DNA of 59,990 bases, filler included, from Dugesia japonica (lineage: Eukaryota), in assembly GCA_001938525.1 (NCBI GenBank). It is 5 parts of 5 records of this genome, joined end to end, with 100 filler letters (N's around TTAATTAATTAA, not from the genome) between each part and the next. Parts side by side here need not be neighbours in the genome. Positions count along the whole stretch, not along the records: positions 49,816 to 59,990 come from MQRL01551767.1; 4 more parts are not named here. One strand, given 5' to 3'. Under the pieces are notes generated by a model. The model was not told the DNA's origin and ran no database searches. It saw only the letters and a list, made by a program, of their open reading frames with translations. Shown piece by piece: positions 50,252-59,990 of the stretch. The translations under genes were made by a program, and so were the position numbers. Numbering within the stretch: position 1 is the first letter of the stretch; every line of letters starts with the position of its first letter.

Positions 50252-50583
50252 TGCCTCAAATTAGACTTCCATCTAGCTTGTGCCGTTGCCACCGAATAAT
50301 CACCAGGTTGCTTCTAGAGCGACATCTCAAACAACAGATTGAACTCGCCCTGCTCAAACATCTCGCACAACGAAATAATCTTATAAAAAGGCTAGATTTC
50401 ATTGTTAAAAAACAGGGAGACCTAGCGGAACAAACGAAACAACTCATTCAAAATAAGATTGAATTTTTGAGGAGATATATCGCCGATCTATCTCACCAGC
50501 TAGGCAATGCGTCATGGTTACAATGGGACGACAATGACGACGAAGCTGCTTTCAACTTCTTAAATGATGATCCCACTCAGTGA
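50252..50583 (+). CDS. Putative spliced terminal exon encoding a coiled-coil peptide (possibly part of a mobile element)
   Basis: TACTAAC branch point (50227-50233), pyrimidine tract and TTTCAG acceptor. Heptad-like L/I pattern and acidic tail. GC above background. Confidence 0.45.
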
Positions 50584-51497
50584 TTAGACTCGGGTGCTAT
50601 GGATCTCATGTAATATGATATAAAATATAACTTAGCTTTAAACAATATGTTATTTGGTTATGAATATAATATCATAGGGAAAATAGAGAACCCGAACTAA
50701 AGGTGTATGAGTGTGAACCTCGCATGAAGTTGATGGTCAACCGCTCTACACTGAATATCTAACCAAAGGACGTTAGATTAAATTCTTGAAAGGATACCCC
50801 TGAGGGCCGTTTTTCCCCCGGTCAGCGCCTATTTCCACCATCAACTCAGGTGTAACCCCAACAAATCTAACCTCTATTCATAAATTACTTTGTCATATTG
50901 TCATAAAATTCCTTAGACACATAATTTATTATTTTTCATTCATAAATATAAATTAATAACAATAAATTATTAATTTAAACTTACCATATTTGTTGAAATA
51001 TTTTTCTTTGAATTCACTCTGTTCATATGTAAAATAAAAAAAATCATTAAAATAAATTAACAAATAAATATTCACTTATTTTATAATGGGTTTTTCAAGG
51101 TCATATACCGTTTTATTTATTTAGCTCAATTAAACAAAAATAAATAAATAATTTCCATATAATAATAATAATTAATTATCTATCATTTTTAATTTAATAT
51201 ACTTAAACAAAAGTTTTTTTAATATTAATTTAAAATTTATTAATTAAAAACTTTATAATTCAAATTTTATTAATCAAATTTTCAAACAAAAATAATCTTA
51301 AAACTTTTTAAGAATATATAAAACAATATAGATAATCTATAAAATCCCAAAATATTCTAAAGAAANNNNNNNNNNNNNNNNNNNNNNNNNNNNNNNNNNN
51401 NNNNNNNNGGCATTAATGTTGCACAAATATGACTCATGTTTATTGTTTTATTGAATTCTTGTTGCATTTTCTTTGTTAAAGTTGCATTAGTGTTACA

Positions 51498-51818
51498 TTA
51501 TTCGAGATGAGACACATCTAATGAGTCTAGTGCAATTGGTAGAAGTACTGATATAAAACCATCTTCTTGTTCATGCAAAACCTTTCTCGTTAATCTTCTA
51601 CCCATTGTATTTACATGCAATAATATAAGTCTTTTATATCTATTCAATACATCCTTTTGAGTTCTACATGTAGTTATATCCCTACTAAAAAATCCTTTGA
51701 TAATGTCTACAAAATTGTCAACAAAATAGAGTGGAAATGCCTGTAGAATTTTCATTCTCAACACGTTTGGCGATTTAATCAATACAGTAAAAAATGGAAT
51801 ACTTATTTCGAAATTCAT
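51498..51818 (-). CDS. Polinton/Maverick small conserved protein (QxGGFL-type), intact ORF
   Basis: QKDVLNRYKRLIL...RKVLHEQEDGFISVLLPIAL resembles the Maverick small-protein pattern QKxxLxxxKxxL...RxxLxQxGGFLxxLLP. Confidence 0.55.
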   Translation of the reverse strand: MNFEISIPFFTVLIKSPNVLRMKILQAFPLYFVDNFVDIIKGFFSRDITTCRTQKDVLNRYKRLILLHVNTMGRRLTRKVLHEQEDGFISVLLPIALDSLDVSHLE

Positions 51819-52687
51819 TTTTATTTAAATAAATATATATCTATTGTATGTTTATAAGAATATTTATATTTACTTTCTAGATATTCTATATATTATGGAG
51901 CTTCTATAACAATTTCTATGGATTTACAGGATATTTATAAGTATAGAAAACTATAGAAACCCGATAGAAAACTCATGAAACCTCATAGACACCATATATG
52001 AAACAAAAACTGTATAAAACGCAACTCTACTCTACTCTGCAAATTATTAAATAATACCATTGAATCATGTAAATTACTACAAACCAATGAACCTTAATGA
52101 GGGTTTGTACAGATAATGTGTATAAAGGGTTTCATTGTATTTCTATAAAGTTTTATATGATATTTAAAAGGTTTTTATAGAGGTTATCTATTATCATTGT
52201 GTTTCTATAATGTTGTATTAGTCGTATAGTGCATATATAGTATTTTTATATGTTTTTATAATGTTTTTATAATGCATTTAAGGGCATCTAAAGGGTTTAT
52301 ATATTTTTCATAAGATTTCATAGGTTTTCATAGGTTTTCATATGGTTTTTATATTGATTCTTATAGGGATGTATAGGGTTTTTATAATGATTCATTATGC
52401 TTCTGTAGGATTTTTTATGATTTTATTAGGGCTAATTTAGCATTATACTGTTTTTATATGGTTTTATGGTCTTATAAAATGTTATCGAAAATATATTAGA
52501 TTTTTTATCACATAATAAAGTAATAAACATACAATGAACCAATACATACACACACAAATACACGTTTAAAAAGGGTATAAGTCCTACCTTTACAACACAA
52601 ATTCAAGTCAAACAAAGACATTTTAACATGAGTGCAACTACAACAAATTGCATGAGTCATACTTGTGCAAGATTAAAAAAGACATTA

Positions 52688-53640
52688 TAGGTTGCAAGTA
52701 TGGTTTAACATACGAATATATTCGTCAAATACTATTCGATTAATTCAGCAAATATTTATAATTCAATATTCGAATACTTTTCATCATTATTCGTCGAATA
52801 CATGTTAATTATTATGAATCGTGATTTAGTTTTAAAAATGTATGCTTTAATTGAATTTTAGAAAATTACGATAATTTTAAGAGTTGTCACTATTATGTAA
52901 TAAATTCAATTTTTTGGTGTTTTATTACTTAAATTGATCTAAGTAGGCCAATTATTTAAATATAAATTCAAAATATAAATTATATTTCATATGTAATAAG
53001 CATTACTAAAAAAGTGACAGTTTAACATAAAATGTAGTAATATACGAATGCATATAATGATTTTAATTTTATTGATAAATAGTTTTAACGAAATAAGTTA
53101 CTAACATAAATATACCAAACAGTAAGATTCATTAATACAATTATTTAGAAAGATTTTGAATTTCACATTTTTTATCCCTATAAAAATATCTAAAAGAAAT
53201 TCTGATTAGATTTGGGATTTCTTTAAAAGAAACGGAGATGAAGCTTTCTGAACAGAATGCTTCCACAAGGTAACATGTAAACTATCTACTACAACACCCA
53301 TGTTGAACCATTTAAAACTAAAGCATAAGCTGGATCTTACCAGTACACGCTCAAAAGACTGCATCGCCGGTTCAAAAAAATGTACACCAACAATAAAGAC
53401 AATTCTTCCAAAAAATTCATCAAAAATAATGGATTTAGTAAGTTTTTATTATACAGAGAAAAAGGCCACAAGAATTGAAAATTTAAGTAAAAAATTACAC
53501 AGTGGTGAAAGATTCAGTCTTACTCTCGGCGATTGGACATGTATTCCCAACAAGCTATATTTCAATATTAATATTTATTGTAACTAATCTGTTTTTTTTC
53601 AATTTGGGGCTAGTCAAGCAAACTCTAAGTACTGTCAACG
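52688..53640 (+). mobile_element. Decayed hAT transposon 5' part (BED finger + first catalytic motif)
   Basis: Subterminal CGAATA repeats; IWDFFKRNGDEAF*TEC..TTPMLNHLKLKH (BED finger); RFSLTLGDWT..NKLYFNIN. Confidence 0.7.
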
Positions 53641-53649
53641 AAATTCTGA

Positions 53650-54470
53650 CCGCTGTGAGTAAAAAATTGACCGAGTCGCTCAGAAATTAACCAATTTAGC
53701 CATTGAGAGAAAATAATTGACTGATTTGCTCTAAAATTACCCAAACTGGTCATTACTAAGTAAATAATTGACCAAATTCACCTAAAAATTATCCAAAATG
53801 AATAGTCTAGAGGGAATAATTGACCAAATCACCAAACATTTTCCAATCAGGATGAAATATTTGACAAACATTAACCAAACCGAGTAAATAATTCATCAAA
53901 TTGTCCAAAATTGACCCAAATTAACCATTCCGAGGAAATAATTGACTTAATCTTCCAAATAATTAACCAAACCGAACAATCATGAGAAATATTGAACCGA
54001 ATTCATCTTAACCAATTAAAAAATGACCTTATTCAACCTCACCAAGAAAATTTAGGACAAAACTCCCATAAAACCAATCAAACATTTCCAAAATTGACCA
54101 ATCCTGAGGAAATATTCAATCAAATCACCCTAAAATAACCTAAAACCCACCGAGTTTGCCCAAACTGATTAAACCCGAGGAAATATTCGACCAAATTCAT
54201 TAGAACCAATTAAAAATTACCCAAATTTTCCAGTCCCGAGAAAAAATTTGACTAAATTCACCTGAACCAATCAAAAATCGACCTTTTTCAACCTCACAAA
54301 AGAAATTTTCAACCAATTTAGTCTATATCACCCAAAAATTACCAATCCCGAGGAAACCTTTGACCACAACGTCCAAAATATACCCAAATCAAGCAATTCC
54401 TAGGAAATAATTGACCAAATTCACCTGAACCAATAAAAAATTGATCTCTCTTGAACTCACCAAATAAATT
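53650..54470. repeat. Degenerate tandem array (~50-60-bp units)
   Basis: Recurrent TTGACCAAATTCACC and CCCGAGGAAATA motifs with strong A/C strand skew. Confidence 0.75.
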
Positions 54471-54873
54471 CTTAACTAAAAAGCCTATAAAATATTGCTG
54501 CTTAAAAAGCCTGAAAAATTTTTCCAACTAAATACTCAAGGAAATACAAAAACACTCGCCGCCTAAAAAGCCTTAAAAAGTTTCCCAACTAAATACACAG
54601 GGTAATTTAAAAAAACATGTAATCCTATAACGTTAAATTTCACCGATGAAATTAATCTGATGACATCATTTTTGTGCAAAATTTTTTCTTAACTAAATGC
54701 ACAGGGAAATTTAAAAAACAGTTGCGTAATAGTGTCAAGGAAAAAGTAATTACATTATGTAATGCCCACAAATGTGTGTTGCCGACTTTTTACATTAGAA
54801 AAATACAGAAACACTTATGTAATAATCCGATTACGTAAAGGGGCGGGGGATTACCAAATAGGTGCTGTTCTTA

Positions 54874-54972
54874 TGCGCCACTATCTATCTACTATCTCAT
54901 ATAAAGAATATCCTTCATAATCGTACTAAGAAGTCCGTATTCACAATTCTACAGTAGATAGATAGTAGCGCA
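54874..54972. mobile_element. Two back-to-back candidate Polinton/Maverick termini
   Basis: TGCGCCACTATCTATCTACT (54874-54893) and AGTAGATAGATAGTAGCGCA (54953-54972) are inverted copies, 19/20 identical. They start with AG plus a short tandem repeat. Confidence 0.5.
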
Positions 54973-56106
54973 CTGGATCACCCCCCTCCCATCTTCCTAG
55001 GCAAAGAAATTTTATAACAAAGATAATGAGTCATAGGTATGACTCATCGATGACTAGAACAAAGACAATGACTGATCGTTTTTATAGATCATGAGTCATC
55101 GTTTTTCTTAAAAAATTTCAAAGTCAGTGATCCAGTATCCTCGATTCTGATTGGTTGAAAATTTTTAAAGTTGTAATAATGAATCATCGTTTTTATAGAT
55201 CATGACTCAAACCCCCCTCCCCCGACAATAATTTTTTATCTCAATTTTTTATTTATTTTTAATTTTTTTTTAAAGTAATTTAAGGTCGTTAAAATCATGA
55301 GTAAGACGATCGGATAGAGAATTAAAAATTAATATAGGAATATGTAATGAATTTGTTCCTTCCGGTTGAAAAATGGGAACAAAGGAATTTAATTTTATGA
55401 AAACAGAGTCAAGTAGAAAGATGATATTGCACCGAACTTGATTTTGAACGACGCGCTTTGCATTGACGGAAAATTTAGTATATAAAAGTGTTTAGGGTGA
55501 CATCGTAATAAAATTATACTAATCAAAGAAATTATTAAAAGTAAATAAAAGCCGCCATTTTGAATTTTTTAAATGGCTTCTTGTACATTTTGGTAAAAAA
55601 TTAAAAACTATTTATACATTGTTTAAAGGATTAGTATGCGAAAATTTATACTTTACAAGAAAATCACATTAGAAAGAACAAAGGACTTTTTAAAAATATT
55701 TTAAAATGAATTTTTGGCCCCATTTCTTTATCAACATGTATCAAACTTGATATCATTAGAATGGTAATGAGATGACAAATAAATCTGTCATTTTTTCAAA
55801 ACCATTTGATAAATATGTTTTGAGTTATTCGTCATTTAAACTTTAAACATGAATAAAAAATGAATGAATTAATTACTGACAAATTGTAAATAGATAAAAA
55901 GAAATTAAAAAAGATTATGGAAAATTTAAAAATTTTTTATATGTTGCATTCGTGTTGCACATTTCATATTTAATAAAAATGAACACACATACAAATACTT
56001 TGTTATATTTTCATAGATTTCTATGTAATTTTGAAATATCTATGTAAGATAACACTCAAAAGACAATTATGAGAAAAATTTATTTAAATCACTGACATGT
56101 TCTTTA

Positions 56107-56385
56107 TTACACACTTAAAATTTCAATCAATGTGTCTTTATTTGACATTTCTTTATCATTTTCTTCATCTGTAGACTGTGACTTAATCATTTCCTCACCA
56201 ATCATATCCTTATTTGTACTTATGTCAAGCATTACTTTATAAGAAATATATTTATTTGGAGACATATCAATTATTTCTTCATCAATATTGACATCATTTG
56301 GTTGTGCATCAATCATTGTCTCGATAAGAATATCATCATTTGGTTGAGTATCGTGCATCTCTTACTCTGTTGATGCATCAATTTC
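56107..56385 (-). CDS. Fragment of acidic ORF with ~13-aa degenerate repeats
   Basis: MHDTQPNDDILIE / MIDAQPNDVNIDE / IIDMSPNK / MLDISTNKDMIGE. Runs into an N gap. Confidence 0.35.
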
Positions 56386-57566
56386 NNNNNNNNNNNNNNN
56401 NNNNNNNNNNNNNNNNNNNNNNNNNNNNNNNNNNNTACATCATTTTCTTGAAAATCATCTACTATTAAATAATTATTTAGATTAATATTAGTTATTATTA
56501 CCTTGAACCAATGAAGTTACATTTTCAATCATATCGTCTATAATATTATACAAATGCATTACTAATAATGCATTACTAATTAGTTGTTAAGTTTATATTA
56601 ATCCTTTGTTTATCTTACATTTTCGTTGCTTAACATGTATTTATAATGCATATATGGATTAATATGTATCAAATTTAATTATTCCCCGGGAGCCTTTAAT
56701 ATTTATATTTTAAATAGAATAGTATATTTGCTGTATAATGTGTATTATATGGCTCTATTTGGCTTATTGTATATATTTACCTATATGTATAGGGTTTATG
56801 GTATCTTTTAACAAGTGCAATTGATGTATTTGTATGTATTTAATGTTATTAGGTTTACTATGAGTGTATTATATGAAATTATTAGGTTTTTGTATTATAC
56901 AAAATACCATACGACTATATTGAGTTATTTGTATGTATTATATGACTATAGTGTGAATTTTGTGTATTTAAATGATTTTATTAGGTTAAATATATTTATT
57001 ATATGACATTATTGGATGCATTTTATGACATTATTTCGTGTATTAGGGGTATTAGATGACATCATTTTATATATTATGTGTATTATATGAATATATAGAG
57101 TATATTATGCGTGTATTATATCACTACATTGTGTTAACTGTATGTATTATAATTTTATAGATCTTAATGTTTATTATAATAACATATTTTGGTTTATTAT
57201 ATGTATAGGACCTAATGGTTTTCTATGTATATGACCCATCTAGTTTATTGTATGTATACTACTTGTTGGTTTCATCTGTNATAAAATTCAATTGAGGTAT
57301 ATGTGTGCATTCTATGACTCTATTAGATACTTTTGTGTATTATATGTCCTAATGAATTTATTTTGTGTATCATATGATTATATTGGGTTTATTGTGTGTA
57401 TTTATTTGTATGTATTAGGCTTATTCTGTATATTTAAGTGACTTTATTGAGCATTTTGTGTTCATTATATGAATGATTAAATTAAAAAAGTAATGTATAA
57501 ATTCACTGATTCAATACATTTCATGTGTGATTTATTGTTCAGTTATTGGAAAACTCTAACAGAGTT

Positions 57567-57610
57567 AGTAGGTAGATAGTGGCGCACTGGCCAACTACAT
57601 CCACGCACCC
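57567..57610. mobile_element. Candidate Polinton/Maverick terminus fragment
   Basis: AGTAGGTAGATAGTGGCGCACTGG, same motif as at 54953. Confidence 0.45.
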
Positions 57611-59091
57611 ACATAAAAAGTAAAGTACAAATTAAGTTGTGACATTGTGTGAATCTTTTATTTTCTGAAGGATTACGTACTAGATGTGCTATGAAATTTA
57701 GTGCTTAAGACGATTACATAAGTTTTACTTTTGTGTGAATGTTTTGAATTTCTTATTTTTCTTTAATTATTTTTGTTAAATTATTCTATATAAATTATGT
57801 TTTGTTTTAATCATAATAAATTTATTTATTTTACAGCATAATTTTAAATTTTAAAAATGTTGATTTAATTAAATTAATTAAGTTAATTTAAAATATTGCA
57901 AATATAAATACAAAATTATAAATTAAAAATATTACAATACAAAATTTATAAAAATTACTAAACATAATTACTATCAATAATAATTGAAATTAAGTACAAA
58001 AAATAAAAAATGAATAAAATATCATAATTAGTAAATTGATAAGGCATACACATAACAAATCAAATACAATATTAACATATTTGGAATGTTTCCACCAGAA
58101 AGAGATAAAGAATTTTTCTCATTGGATATTGGAATTTCCCCAGATAAACATTACCATTTCAATTCCACTAGGTGGATATAAAATTTCTTAAACGAAGAAG
58201 TGTGCACTTCTTGACATATAGAGCTAGAATAGTTTAAACACAACAACCAACTGCTAACTGACATCATAATAAGATACACTATTACTGAATATATAATATT
58301 TTAGAGTAACATACTCATTTGAATACAGTATCAGAAGGATATATCAAAGATGAAAATAAACCAAATCAATATATAAAACAATATTTCTGAATCCATATAT
58401 ATTAAATAACATTATAATTTAAATTTTATATTAAAATCGTATTGATTGTGATTATCAATATTAAAATATTATCAGTTATTCCACTTTACTTAAATTGTTT
58501 TAGAACACAAAATTTCGAATTTAAATTTTGAAATGTGAAAAAATTAATTATAAATTAATAATCTAATCGAAAAATTCAAAAAAAAAAATTTCTTAAAAAT
58601 TAACATTAAATAGCTTTAGGATAAATAATACTATTTTAATATTTAAAGCTCAAATATTGAATAAAACTCGTTCTTATTATAATATAGACATAAAGGAATT
58701 CAATAAATTAATTAATTATAAAAATATCAACAAAATTATGCAAAAATATTATAAATCTTTTAAAAATTACTTAGTCAACTTTTTTTTAAATATTTAAAAT
58801 AATTGGCAATTTCATTGGCCTTAATTTTTGAACATAGTTGTTTCACTGAATTAAAAGTAAGGTCTGAAAATAGATGCAGGTTAAAAATTACTATTTAACA
58901 AATAAATGATTATCAAATTATTTCAATGTTTGTAATTTTAGTTTTCCTTGATATTAACTAATAAAATTTATACCATTGGATAAATCATTTAATAATCAGT
59001 TTGTTCAAAGGTGTGATAATTTAAGGCATGAATTATCATATTTTAAAACTTTTATACAAATTATATAAAATTAATTGTCAGATTCTAGAAA

Positions 59092-59462
59092 ATGAAACTA
59101 TCTAACGGCCAACCAAAATCATCTGATGATTCGAACAAAGAAAAACATTCTGAATTTTTTGAACAGTTTGAAGAAGCTTCTATTTTCAACTCTCTCATAA
59201 CCTATTTGTATTTCTTCATTTTAAAATGTATGGGAAAATTCAGGGATTTTCTGCGTAACTATGGACTTGAAAAAAATCGTCTCGCTGTGGACTCAACAAA
59301 AAACAAAGGGTTTGCACCGTTATATGTGGATTTTGAAGCATTTTATACAAGGAATGTTTACCGAAGAGTTCGTGATTGTGTCAATAAACCAATTTGTAGT
59401 GCGCCTGGAGGATCAGTTAAAGCAATGAATCGAGTTTCAGATGATTATAATTGGTCATTTAG
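59092..59462 (+). CDS. SPTLC2: Serine palmitoyltransferase long-chain base subunit 2 (LCB2), exon 1
   Basis: FEE..ITYL..G.FRDFLR..GFAPLYVDFEAFYTRNVYRRVRDCVNKPICSAPG..RVSDDYNWSF is the LCB2 N-terminal signature. Donor AG|GTATAA at 59463. Confidence 0.9.
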
Positions 59463-59719
59463 GTATAAATATACACTAATTTATATCATATTTATTTTAG
59501 TCGATTATTTTGGTTAATAATTATAAAATATAANNTTATAAAATATAACACCAAAACATTTTATTAATANNNNNNNNNNNNNNNNNNNNNNNNNNNNNNN
59601 NNNNNNNNNNNNNNNNNNNNNNNNNNNNNNNNNNNNNNNNNNNNNNNNNNNNNNNNNNNNNNNNNNNNNNNNNNNNNNNNNNNNNNNNNNNNNNNNNNNN
59701 NNNNNCACTTTTTTAAAAT

Positions 59720-59990
59720 TTTTAACCATTGATCTGTGAAATAAAAAAATTAAATATTTTCAAAATTACGAAAATAAACTAAGGCGTAGATCAAAAAATT
59801 TTAAAAAAAATGTTTCTTTTTAAAATTTTTTATTAAAATAACAAATTAATTCCTGAAGAAGATAAATTCGAAAAAATAAAAAACGTTTGTTTGAAATAGT
59901 TTTTGTTATTTTAATAAAAAATTTTAAAAAGAAACATTTTTTTGAAATTTTTTTGATCTACGCCTAAGTTTATTTTCGTAATTTTGAAAA
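59720..59990. mobile_element. Fold-back element related to the hammerhead family (89-bp arms, runs to window end)
   Basis: Inverted repeat 59757-59845 / 59902-59990. The spacer contains AATTC-CTGAAGA-AGATAAATTC-GAAA. The tail motif AACCATTGATC lies at 59724-59734. Confidence 0.7.

Noticed and set aside
53650-54470. CRISPR-like or telomeric array
   Set aside because: Units are degenerate with no identical repeats or unique spacers, no cas genes, no TTAGGG; eukaryotic context.
57990-58396. Possible small gene or mitochondrial insertion upstream of SPTLC2
   Set aside because: Stops in all frames tried, and no recognisable protein even under flatworm mitochondrial codes.

Overview
Very AT-rich animal DNA, most likely a freshwater planarian (inferred from 46-74 nt introns, base composition and a flatworm-like 18S fragment). 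The window is not contiguous. Four identical 100-bp spacers (44 N + TTAATTAATTAA + 44 N) join five separate scaffolds: 1-9922, 10023-25122, 25223-35038, 35139-49715 and 49816-59990. Host genes are: (i) two convergent paralogues encoding an ATRX-type ADD/PHD finger, a shared ~100-aa helical region and two C-terminal AT-hooks, with no helicase; (ii) a 79-aa signal-peptide/single-TM protein; (iii) three exons of a Fat/FAT4-like cadherin; (iv) exon 1 of serine palmitoyltransferase 2; (v) an orphan Q/N/L-rich terminal exon. Most of the rest is decayed mobile DNA: Polinton/Maverick (pPolB, a small ORF, candidate termini), Helitron Rep/helicase pieces, Penelope-like RT and GIY-YIG pieces, hAT, Tigger, mariner, Gypsy and MITEs, plus AAT microsatellites. 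Two observations stand out. One is the helicase-less ADD + AT-hook gene pair with a conserved domain I cannot name. The other is a dispersed ~200-bp Penelope-type fold-back element carrying a minimal hammerhead ribozyme, with target-site duplications, found on at least three of the five scaffolds. All family assignments come from motif recognition by eye; no searches were run.
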